From IMG/VR virus record IMGVR_UViG_3300003523_000075, positions 4,581 through 68,580 of that record: a stretch of 64,000 nt of DNA; one strand, given 5' to 3'. Shown piece after piece: positions 9,130 to 15,934 of this stretch. The position numbers and the translations under genes were made by a program. Position 1 is the first letter of the stretch. Each line of letters starts with the position of its first letter. The notes under the pieces are model-generated. The model worked only from the letters and a program-made list of their open reading frames with translations, was not told where the DNA came from and did no database searches. The DNA comes from a virus (taxonomy: Duplodnaviria; Caudoviricetes).

Positions 9130-9361
9130 ATGAAATGTTATATGTGTAAAAAGATATACAGAAGTTCAGTGTAATAAACTTAAATACAAAGTAAATCCAA
9201 ACGCTGATGCTACATTTTGTAGTTTCTTTGATATTAGAAGTAAATATCAAAATATCGAAGAAACTGAACAAGAAATACTTAATGAATGTAATTCATCTAT
9301 TTGTGGTTATTCTCCACTTGAGGATTTAATTGAAGATTTAGATGAATTAGAAACTTATTAA
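9130..9361 (+). pseudogene. Small ORF with 1-nt frameshift right after ATG
   Basis: The ATG at 9130 stops after 14 codons. The frame starting at 9134 is open for 75 codons (NVICVKRYTEVQ...LEDLIEDLDELETY*) but has no start codon. Removing one A in atgaaatg joins them. Confidence 0.45.
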
Positions 9362-9456
9362 AATAGTTTCTTATCTTACAACACGTAGTGAATATTGTTG
9401 TAAGATACAATGCCGAAGTGGCAGAACATAATTATTAACTAAATTTTATTAAAATT

Positions 9457-9969
9457 ATGAAAAATTATCAAGAAGTTGTAAATGATTTGCTTAAGCGTGG
9501 TTGTGAAAAGACTATTGCTAGTGTTAAAAATGCAAATCCGAAAGACATGGGTAACTATGTTCGTGTAAGTATTACTCTGGACAAAGATGTTCCTACTATT
9601 GTAGAGGATGAAGAGGGTAATCCTGTTGAAGGTAAAACTAATATTATCTTCAATTCTACATTCACTCTTGGTGGTATACTTAAAAGCAATGAAGACGCTT
9701 CATTTATTGCAAGTAAACTTCAGGAGAATGGTGTAGCTCTTAGTACTTTTATGACAGGTAGTAAAGTTACTGTCATAAGTGAGAAGGTTAATGGTGGGGA
9801 AATCTATCATAATCCTTTCACAGATAAGGATACTGAGAAACCTCTTGAACATGATACTTACATTCAGCATGTAGTATCTGTTGAACTTGGTAAAACTGCA
9901 ATGGATATTATTAACAAGACCAAAGAAGCTATGGCTAATAAGCTTGTTGAACAAGCTCTTGGTCTTTAA
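9457..9969 (+). CDS. Hypothetical early protein
   Basis: 170-aa ORF with strongly biased codons (CTT, GCT, CGT, GGT), followed by a terminator. Confidence 0.85.
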   Translation: MKNYQEVVNDLLKRGCEKTIASVKNANPKDMGNYVRVSITLDKDVPTIVEDEEGNPVEGKTNIIFNSTFTLGGILKSNEDASFIASKLQENGVALSTFMTGSKVTVISEKVNGGEIYHNPFTDKDTEKPLEHDTYIQHVVSVELGKTAMDIINKTKEAMANKLVEQALGL

Positions 9970-9977
9970 TCAACATC

Positions 9978-10012
9978 AGCCTATAGTATCAGAAATGGTA
10001 CTATAGGCTTTA
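9978..10012 (+). terminator. Intrinsic terminator-like hairpin
   Basis: 11-bp stem agcctatagta/tactataggct followed by ttaa. Confidence 0.7.
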
Positions 10013-10024
10013 ATGCTCCGACTA

Positions 10025-10426
10025 CACTTCACATAGCATGAGTAGGAAGTGAAATCTATATTAGTATTGAAATATCTCAAGAAAGTATAGTTGAGCTAGA
10101 TATAACGGATAGACAATGTCCTCTAGATGAGCTAACATAAAAGAGTTGTTAGAAGAGATTAACTGTGGAAAGTTAATCGAAATTGTACGACCACAAGCCA
10201 ATGTGGGGCTACTATGGGTACTAGGACACAACATAATAGTTAATAAACCCGACCTAGATGAGAGTGCACCTCATGGGACGTATGAAGAGGATATTATCTT
10301 CATATATGGAAGGCATCAAATTGGAGAACCTTTACGTGGTGATGCTATAAGTAGTATGAAATACCATGCGGATTAGAATAAGATTTCTATTTCATGCGGT
10401 GTATATATTAGATAAAACATATATAC
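10025..10426 (+). ncRNA. Candidate large structured non-coding RNA (about 400 nt)
   Basis: Stems cacttc/gaagtg, atatct..ctcaa/ttgag..agatat, gattaact/agttaatc (10157-10178), ccaca/tgtgg, tatgaag/cttcata, gcatca/tgatgc and gtatata/tatatac. Raised GC. The only ORF has atypical codon usage. Confidence 0.4.
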
Positions 10427-10486
10427 TAATACGAAACTAATCTCCTATTTTAATTAGAAATAATTATTAACTTAAAATAAATAAAC

Positions 10487-10954
10487 ATGGAAAATATTAA
10501 ACAAGAATTAAAGCAATTCGCAATTTTTATGATTTGCGTAATAGCACTTATGGCTGCTACATTGCTTTTTGCAGTTAGTTGTCATGCAGATAACCCAAGA
10601 GTTAAAACTACTGATACAACTAGAATTGTTGATGTAGCTATGACAATAAATGATGTCATAGAACTTTGGTATGACAAAGATAACAAAGAATATTGGGTTG
10701 TATATGATAATCCAGATTGTTTTGATTACGACAATTTGGCTTATCTTACTGGTGATGAAGAAACTTATAAAGATGAAGTTCTTCATATACGAGTAGACCA
10801 ATGTATTTGGGAGAATCTATATAATGATATTATTCACAATCATGTTGATTATGAAAAATATACATTGTTAGAAATAGGAATACCTAATCATGATAAAGGT
10901 GTTTGGAAGTTTAATTATAATATTGTTGAATCTAAATATCTTGCAGAGAAATGA
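10487..10954 (+). CDS. Exported or lipoprotein-like early protein
   Basis: N-terminal hydrophobic stretch ending in FAVSC (possible lipobox), followed by an acidic soluble domain. Confidence 0.65.
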   Translation: MENIKQELKQFAIFMICVIALMAATLLFAVSCHADNPRVKTTDTTRIVDVAMTINDVIELWYDKDNKEYWVVYDNPDCFDYDNLAYLTGDEETYKDEVLHIRVDQCIWENLYNDIIHNHVDYEKYTLLEIGIPNHDKGVWKFNYNIVESKYLAEK

Positions 10955-11028
10955 TTATTGCTACTGGTATTATCGTTGTTAGTCTTGGCATAGTAGTTTA
11001 TGCTGGTGTCAAGACTAATGACGATTAA
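10951..11028 (+). CDS. 25-aa single-TM micro-protein
   Basis: MIIATGIIVVSLGIVVYAGVKTNDD*, translationally coupled (ATGA overlap) to the upstream gene. Confidence 0.5.
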   Translation: MIIATGIIVVSLGIVVYAGVKTNDD

Positions 11029-11035
11029 TGTGTTA

Positions 11036-11097
11036 TTCTTCTTTATGGGGGAGATATAAAATATTTTTGTTAAAAATATCTCCCCTTTAGAGAAGAA
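11036..11097. repeat. Inverted pair of the dispersed G-run motif
   Basis: ttcttctttatgggggagatat ... atatctcccctttagagaagaa form a near-perfect inverted repeat. Confidence 0.75.
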
Positions 11098-11101
11098 TGA
11101 G

Positions 11102-11109
11102 TATATTTG
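11102..11109 (+). promoter_or_regulatory. Bacteroidota -7 promoter box TATATTTG
   Basis: TAnnTTTG followed by CA, 27 nt upstream of the ATG at 11136. Confidence 0.6.
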
Positions 11110-11135
11110 CACACTAACTAAAATTAATAAATATT

Positions 11136-11261
11136 ATGTGTGAAGATATAAATGTTTTTGATGTAAAGATTGATGATAATCTTTATAATAACGATTTCGA
11201 TGATGTTTATAATAAAGAAGAAGATGAATATCATGAAGAATCAGATATTTTATTTGAATAA
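11136..11261 (+). CDS. 41-aa highly acidic micro-protein
   Basis: MCEDINVFDVKIDDNLYNNDFDDVYNKEEDEYHEESDILFE*, 16/41 D+E, A-rich start context. Confidence 0.6.
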   Translation: MCEDINVFDVKIDDNLYNNDFDDVYNKEEDEYHEESDILFE

Positions 11262-11278
11262 TTAAACATAAAAGAATT

Positions 11279-11614
11279 ATGGAAGTAAAAATTAAAAATA
11301 ATGAAACAAAGAAAGAAGTTAAGAGCGAAAAAGGATTGATGGCTCTTAAAAAAGAAGAACTAGTAAACATTATCTTGAGGAAAGATGATGTTGAAAGAAA
11401 ATTAAAAGCTGATATTGAAGAACTAAAACTTGAACTAGACCAAGCTAGAGATCAAGCTGATGGTCTTGATTATCAAGCAGCCAATGACAAGGCAGAAATA
11501 TTTGTATTGAAAAATGCAAATAAAAAACTTAAAAGAAATATTTATATTATTATAAGTGCTTTTGTAGTCTTATTAATAGTATTTGGTGTAATTATATGCC
11601 GTGTTTCTTCATAG
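11279..11614 (+). CDS. Coiled-coil protein with C-terminal TM helix
   Basis: Heptad-rich K/E/L region followed by IYIIISAFVVLLIVFGVIIC. Confidence 0.75.
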   Translation: MEVKIKNNETKKEVKSEKGLMALKKEELVNIILRKDDVERKLKADIEELKLELDQARDQADGLDYQAANDKAEIFVLKNANKKLKRNIYIIISAFVVLLIVFGVIICRVSS

Positions 11615-11676
11615 TTATTAAATAAACTAATTGTCTAGTAGAGTTTCCCGTAAGGTTTTAAATACTAGACACAATA

Positions 11677-11760
11677 GCCGGAGTGGTGGAATTGGTAGAC
11701 ACGAGGGATTTAAAATCCCTTGTCTGAAAAGACGTGTGGGTTCAAATCCCACCTCTGGTA
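11677..11760 (+). tRNA. trnL: tRNA-Leu (anticodon UAA)
   Basis: Acceptor gccggag/ctctggt, D-loop GGAATTGGTAGAC, anticodon arm gaggga-TTTAAAA-tccctt, long variable arm, T-loop GGTTCAAATCC. No encoded CCA. Confidence 0.92.
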
Positions 11761-11798
11761 CTAAAACAAATTATTGTTAAACATTTAAAACAAACAAC

Positions 11799-12032
11799 AT
11801 GGAAAACATTGCGAAACGTAATTATCATCGTGATAATTGCAGTGGTAAGATTAGAAGAACTATTCTTGCTACAAAAGAAATTAAAATCATTCTTTGTGGT
11901 ATTCATGCTTTTGAATGGAGTATTGATATTACAAATATGGTTACAGGAAATGTAAAATCTTACATTTATCCTAACAGAAAAGCAGCACTTAAAGATATTC
12001 CTCGTGTAAAACGTCATTATCTTTGTGCATAA
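11799..12032 (+). CDS. Hypothetical basic protein
   Basis: 77-aa ORF directly after tRNA-Leu with aaacaaacaacATG context. Confidence 0.65.
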   Translation: MENIAKRNYHRDNCSGKIRRTILATKEIKIILCGIHAFEWSIDITNMVTGNVKSYIYPNRKAALKDIPRVKRHYLCA

Positions 12033-12036
12033 CATT

Positions 12037-12100
12037 TAAGTACTACTTGTAGTGTATCTCCTTTAGAATCTCTCTTTCTACAAGTAGTACTTATTTATTT
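12037..12100 (+). terminator. Long hairpin (terminator or processing site)
   Basis: Perfect 16-bp stem taagtactacttgtag/ctacaagtagtactta with a 25-nt loop, followed by a T-rich tract. Confidence 0.6.
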
Positions 12101-12127
12101 TATTAACTTAAAAAAAAACTTAAGACA

Positions 12128-12391
12128 ATGAAAAAAGATGAAATGGCTTTTATAGTAATGATACTTATATTTCTTTGTACATTTATTACATTTGGAATTA
12201 TAAATATCAATAGAGAAAAACAATATAATGCAAGAATTGATCAATTAACTAATCAACGTGATGCATTATCTGATGCTATTAAATGTTATGCAGATAATAC
12301 AGACACTGTTGTATTTAATTATGCTGATTATTATCTTAGAATAATTAAATCAAATAAAGATTCTTTATATTCATGGTCATATTGCTATTGA
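12128..12391 (+). CDS. Membrane-anchored hypothetical protein
   Basis: N-terminal TM (MAFIVMILIFLCTFITFGII) and a short coiled coil. Confidence 0.7.
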   Translation: MKKDEMAFIVMILIFLCTFITFGIININREKQYNARIDQLTNQRDALSDAIKCYADNTDTVVFNYADYYLRIIKSNKDSLYSWSYCY

Positions 12392-12392
12392 T

Positions 12393-12518
12393 ATGGAAAG
12401 ATATAGTATAAGTAAATATCCACTTAATAACTATTATCAAGTATATGATTGGATAAAACATAGAGTTATATTTATTGGTACTTATTTACAATGCAAAGAA
12501 AGATATGGTACTAAGTGA
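12393..12518 (+). CDS. 41-aa hypothetical protein
   Basis: MERYSISKYPLNNYYQVYDWIKHRVIFIGTYLQCKERYGTK*, starting 2 nt after the previous stop. Confidence 0.45.
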   Translation: MERYSISKYPLNNYYQVYDWIKHRVIFIGTYLQCKERYGTK

Positions 12519-12587
12519 TATTATATTTGAACCTACAGATAAAGATTATGAGTATGTAGATTCATGGTTTAATTAAAATGATAAATT

Positions 12588-12926
12588 ATGAAATATATAA
12601 TAACAAGAACTAGTCTTAATATGTTTAGTGACGAACAACCAATAGACAATGCTGTTCAAGAACCAATACATTATTTTGATTATAGAGCTGGTTCTATAGT
12701 AAATCATTCATTAGTTTGGGAAAACTTTAATAATCTATGTAGAAATATAATTAAACTTCCAAATGGCAATTATAGAGGAATATCAAAAAATTCTATTAAT
12801 ATGTGGGTTGCAGAAATTGATAATCTTAATGATTTTGTTAAAGAACATGGAAGAATTATATTAGATGCATGTGATAATGAAGAAGGTTATATGTCTATAG
12901 AAATATATGATGATTATAGAGAATAA
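12588..12926 (+). CDS. Hypothetical protein
   Basis: 112-aa ORF ending IEIYDDYRE. Its C-terminus resembles that of the ORF at 13170 (ILIYDYYIE). Confidence 0.75.
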   Translation: MKYIITRTSLNMFSDEQPIDNAVQEPIHYFDYRAGSIVNHSLVWENFNNLCRNIIKLPNGNYRGISKNSINMWVAEIDNLNDFVKEHGRIILDACDNEEGYMSIEIYDDYRE

Positions 12927-12950
12927 ACACTTCCTTCCTGTGTTATGATA

Positions 12951-12976
12951 GTCCTGGGTATGACATTAAACTGCCC
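12951..12976 (+). ncRNA. Compact H-type pseudoknot-like element
   Basis: GTC-ctgggtat-GAC (stem 1). Loop GGGTA pairs with downstream TGCCC (stem 2) across an attaaac linker. GC island in an AT-rich spacer. Confidence 0.4.
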
Positions 12977-13005
12977 TTTATTATTAATTTAAAACAAATA
13001 AAACA

Positions 13006-13173
13006 ATGATAGCATTTTTAATATTTTATTGGATATTTTCTTTTATATTAATTTTATCTTATATTTTAGAAACTAATTCAATTATAGGTTTTAAAGAACA
13101 TATAACAGTTATTTTAATATCTCTTATTATTGGAGATATACTTTTACCAATTCTAATTGCTAAAAAGTTATGA
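13006..13173 (+). CDS. 55-aa two-TM membrane protein
   Basis: MIAFLIFYWIFSFILILSYILETNSIIGFKEHITVILISLIIGDILLPILIAKKL*, ATGA-coupled to the next gene. Confidence 0.55.
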   Translation: MIAFLIFYWIFSFILILSYILETNSIIGFKEHITVILISLIIGDILLPILIAKKL

Positions 13174-13358
13174 TATTTAAAGTAAATTCTGCTACAGATA
13201 TTTTTACTTATAAAGATGTCGAAATAAATACTCTAGAAGATTTAAAACAATTTCAAGAAAGTTTACCTAGAACTGAATTTCATAATTATCAAAAACCAGA
13301 ACTGATAGTAGATTTTCAAGAAATGACAATATTAATTTATGATTATTATATAGAATAA
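13170..13358 (+). CDS. Hypothetical protein
   Basis: 62-aa ORF in an operon-like array. Confidence 0.65.
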   Translation: MIFKVNSATDIFTYKDVEINTLEDLKQFQESLPRTEFHNYQKPELIVDFQEMTILIYDYYIE

Positions 13359-13361
13359 ACT

Positions 13362-14009
13362 ATGAATGAAAATTTAGATTTAACAAAAATATTAAAAGAT
13401 TGTCCTAAAGGAACTAAATTGTATTCTCCTATATTTGGTAATGTTACATTAGATGATATTATTGAAAACTGTGATGACTATCCAATTATGGTTAATACTG
13501 ATACTGATGATGGTTATGATTCATTTACTAAAGATGGTAAATTATATGACACCTATGATGGTGAATGTATGCTATTTCCATCTAAAGATAATCGTGATTG
13601 GAGTACATTTAAAGTTCCTAGTAAATTACCTAAAACTTGGGAAGAATTTTGTGAAAATAATCCTGTAACTAAAAATGAATATTATATATCAGAAAATAGT
13701 TGTTTTCATAAACCTTTTCCTGATATAAGAGCATGTGTAGATAAAAATCTTCTTCCAAATAAGGAAATAGCAGAAGCTATGTTAGCTCTTTGTCAACTTA
13801 TTCAACTTCGTGATTGTTATAATAAAGGATGGAAACCTGATTATACTAATAACCACAATAAATATGTAATAAATGTTGATAAAAATGAAATATCAAGAAC
13901 TATTGTTGTTACTATACAAAATGTTTTAACATTTAAAACAAGAGAACTTCGTGATACATTTTTAAACAATTTTAAAGATTTAATTGAAATTGCTAAACCT
14001 TTATTATAA
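13362..14009 (+). CDS. Two-domain hypothetical phage protein
   Basis: 215 aa. An N-terminal LKDCPKGTKLYSPIFG...LFPSKDNRDWS module is joined to an LPKTWEEFC...LIQLRDCYN module. Confidence 0.8.
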   Translation: MNENLDLTKILKDCPKGTKLYSPIFGNVTLDDIIENCDDYPIMVNTDTDDGYDSFTKDGKLYDTYDGECMLFPSKDNRDWSTFKVPSKLPKTWEEFCENNPVTKNEYYISENSCFHKPFPDIRACVDKNLLPNKEIAEAMLALCQLIQLRDCYNKGWKPDYTNNHNKYVINVDKNEISRTIVVTIQNVLTFKTRELRDTFLNNFKDLIEIAKPLL

Positions 14010-14015
14010 ACAAAT

Positions 14016-14228
14016 ATGCATAACAGAAATTTTCATATAGGTTATTATATATTTGAAAATGATAATAATATTGTAGAATATAAAGATGTCTATATAGATG
14101 CTTCTGATATAAAAGAAGCTATAAAAATTTTCAAAGAAAAATATAATATTCCTGTAGAGGATGTTTTTATTATTTCTCTTAGAACAAGAGTTATGAGAAG
14201 TAGTGGATCTGTAATAGATAATAATTAA
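14016..14228 (+). CDS. Hypothetical protein
   Basis: 70-aa ORF immediately before tRNA-Glu. Confidence 0.6.
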   Translation: MHNRNFHIGYYIFENDNNIVEYKDVYIDASDIKEAIKIFKEKYNIPVEDVFIISLRTRVMRSSGSVIDNN

Positions 14229-14235
14229 TAAGGTT

Positions 14236-14310
14236 GCTCTAGTCGTCTAATTGGTTAGGACACCACCCTTTCACGGTGGAGATTTACGGGTTCGAGTCCC
14301 GTCTAGAGTA
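14236..14310 (+). tRNA. trnE: tRNA-Glu (anticodon UUC)
   Basis: Acceptor gctctag/ctagagt, anticodon arm ccacc-CTTTCAC-ggtgg, T-arm acggg-TTCGAGT-cccgt. Confidence 0.92.
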
Positions 14311-14422
14311 CATAATAAAACAATAGTTTATTGTTATAAAGTGGATGGAATTTTGAATACTCCTTTTGAGGAATAACCACTATAATAAAAATCTGAAAAC
14401 GGAGTTAATGTTTTATAATATA

Positions 14423-14621
14423 TTAAACAAAGATTTACAGGCTGACTAATTACAATATATTTTGTAATTAACGTTACTTAGAGTAATCTAAGGTATACGA
14501 TGCGGATAATTATGTAAATTAGCTTGATATTAATGCAAGCCTATATCCTATTAACATATCATTGTGAAATGTTAGTGCCGTTTTAGGTTTAGGAATGAGA
14601 AGAACATGAATCTTTGTTTAA
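14423..14621 (+). ncRNA. Candidate about 200-nt structured RNA abutting tRNA-Gln
   Basis: 13-bp perfect closing stem (ttaaacaaagatt/aatctttgtttaa) enclosing hairpins taattacaa/ttgtaatta, cttaga-GTAA-tctaag, gcttg/caagc and taacat/atgtta. No ORF. Confidence 0.55.
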
Positions 14622-14622
14622 A

Positions 14623-14693
14623 TGTTCTATGGTGTAATGGTAGCACAGCAGATTTTGGTTCTGTTAGTCTAGGTTCGAATCCTGGTAGGACAA
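14623..14693 (+). tRNA. trnQ: tRNA-Gln (anticodon UUG)
   Basis: Acceptor tgttcta/taggaca, D-arm gtgt-aatggt-agcac, anticodon arm gcaga-TTTTGGT-tctgt, T-loop GGTTCGAATCC. Confidence 0.92.
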
Positions 14694-14710
14694 CTAAAAT
14701 AAATAAAACT

Positions 14711-14902
14711 ATGGATAAACCTAAAAACATTAAATATATAGAATATTTCATTGATATAGTAGGTGAAGAAATGACACATAATTATCCTTTACCTATATGT
14801 CCTATAGAAAATGATTTAGTTAAAATAGGTTCAAGTATTATTACTAATAAATCATTAGCTATTCTATTAGTAACTTCTCTTAATAAATGTTGTAATTGTT
14901 AA
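14711..14902 (+). CDS. Hypothetical protein (63 aa)
   Basis: True start is ATG 14711 (aaaactATG). The longer track ORF runs through tRNA-Gln. Confidence 0.6.
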   Translation: MDKPKNIKYIEYFIDIVGEEMTHNYPLPICPIENDLVKIGSSIITNKSLAILLVTSLNKCCNC

Positions 14903-14962
14903 GGAGTTGGTATTTCACATCTTTTCGCAATGCTTTTCATAATTGAAATCCAACTCCTTTAT
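14901..14962 (+). terminator. Long hairpin after small ORF
   Basis: aaggagttgg/ccaactcctt 10-bp stem plus atttca/tgaaat inner stem. Confidence 0.55.
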
Positions 14963-14963
14963 T

Positions 14964-15115
14964 AAAACAACTTAGGCTTCTTATTGTTCGTAGAGCAGAT
15001 AATTCTACAAAAAGATTTAGTTTTGTGTTTTCTCATGCGTCTTTATTGCCATGATTTGAATCTTTCATGATGGTTAATATAATTGTTTGTTTCGTAGCCT
15101 AAGTTGTTTTCTTTT
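14964..15115 (+). ncRNA. Candidate about 150-nt structured RNA
   Basis: Perfect 15-bp closing stem aaaacaacttaggct (14964-14978)/agcctaagttgtttt (15096-15110), internal aaagatt/aatcttt stem, then ctttt. Confidence 0.45.
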
Positions 15116-15161
15116 GAATATTGTTTAATTAAATAAAATATTAATTTAAATTTACTGTAAA

Positions 15162-15461
15162 ATGGCAAAACATGATGAAAGTAAATGTCTGAATAGTATC
15201 AGACGAGTTTGTAGTGTTAATCCTAGTAATAAACTTATTACTGCACAAAAGAGTACCGTTATTGGTATTAAACGTTGGGGAATGATAGATTATCTCTGTC
15301 ATTATTGTGGTTATGTATTTATGTGGGGTAATAACGCTGTTACCATTGATAAAACTTCTTATGAACGTAAAGATAAGAAGAAAGAACTTAAAGAAGTTAA
15401 ACGTCAAAGTAAAAACTCTGGAGTTCGTAAATTCAATGATAAACGTTCAAATAAACAATAA
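15162..15461 (+). CDS. Hypothetical basic protein
   Basis: 99-aa ORF with a Lys/Arg-rich C-terminus. Confidence 0.75.
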   Translation: MAKHDESKCLNSIRRVCSVNPSNKLITAQKSTVIGIKRWGMIDYLCHYCGYVFMWGNNAVTIDKTSYERKDKKKELKEVKRQSKNSGVRKFNDKRSNKQ

Positions 15462-15463
15462 CT

Positions 15464-15934
15464 ATGGATAAACCAAAAATAAATGCAGTGTTTAATATTG
15501 CAAAAGTTAAACCTGCACGAGTTAAAGTATCAAAAGAAGATTTAGGTGAAGTGTTTGCTCTAGCTCTTAAAACTAATATTGGTTGGATAGCTAGAATTAA
15601 ACGTAAAAATAACATTGGTGGTTATGATACTATTCAATGTAAATTCACTGAAAAATCTTTTGATATTACTGGTAGAAAAGAAGTATTTCGTGAAGATGTA
15701 ATTAATGGCAAGAAAGCTATTGTTATGTGGATACGAGATGCTTATGAACGATTAATTAACAAAGGTGTAAACTCATATTGTACTTTTAGGCATGAAGGTA
15801 TATATGCTGGTAAATTATATAATATTGCTGGCACTTATTATTTTGATGCTAAGTATTATGTGGGTCATATTAACAAAGAAGGCAAAATAATTATTTATGA
15901 TGATTATTTTGACTGTGAAAGTATACACGTATGA
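15464..15934 (+). CDS. Hypothetical protein
   Basis: 156-aa ORF coupled to the helicase gene. Confidence 0.8.
   Translation: MDKPKINAVFNIAKVKPARVKVSKEDLGEVFALALKTNIGWIARIKRKNNIGGYDTIQCKFTEKSFDITGRKEVFREDVINGKKAIVMWIRDAYERLINKGVNSYCTFRHEGIYAGKLYNIAGTYYFDAKYYVGHINKEGKIIIYDDYFDCESIHV

Noticed and set aside
10146-10376. 76-aa TTG-start ORF as a protein gene
   Set aside because: Atypical codon usage and no A-rich start context. The region is better explained by RNA structure, though translation is not excluded.
11734-11955. ORF starting within tRNA-Leu, and the 14606 start of the ORF through tRNA-Gln
   Set aside because: They overlap well-formed tRNA genes. Better starts exist at 11799 (other frame) and 14711.
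14311-14410. HDV-like (theta) ribozyme downstream of tRNA-Glu
   Set aside because: Some pairings exist (agtgg/ccact, actcc/ggagt), but I could not build a clean nested double pseudoknot, and the element does not begin at the tRNA 3-prime end.
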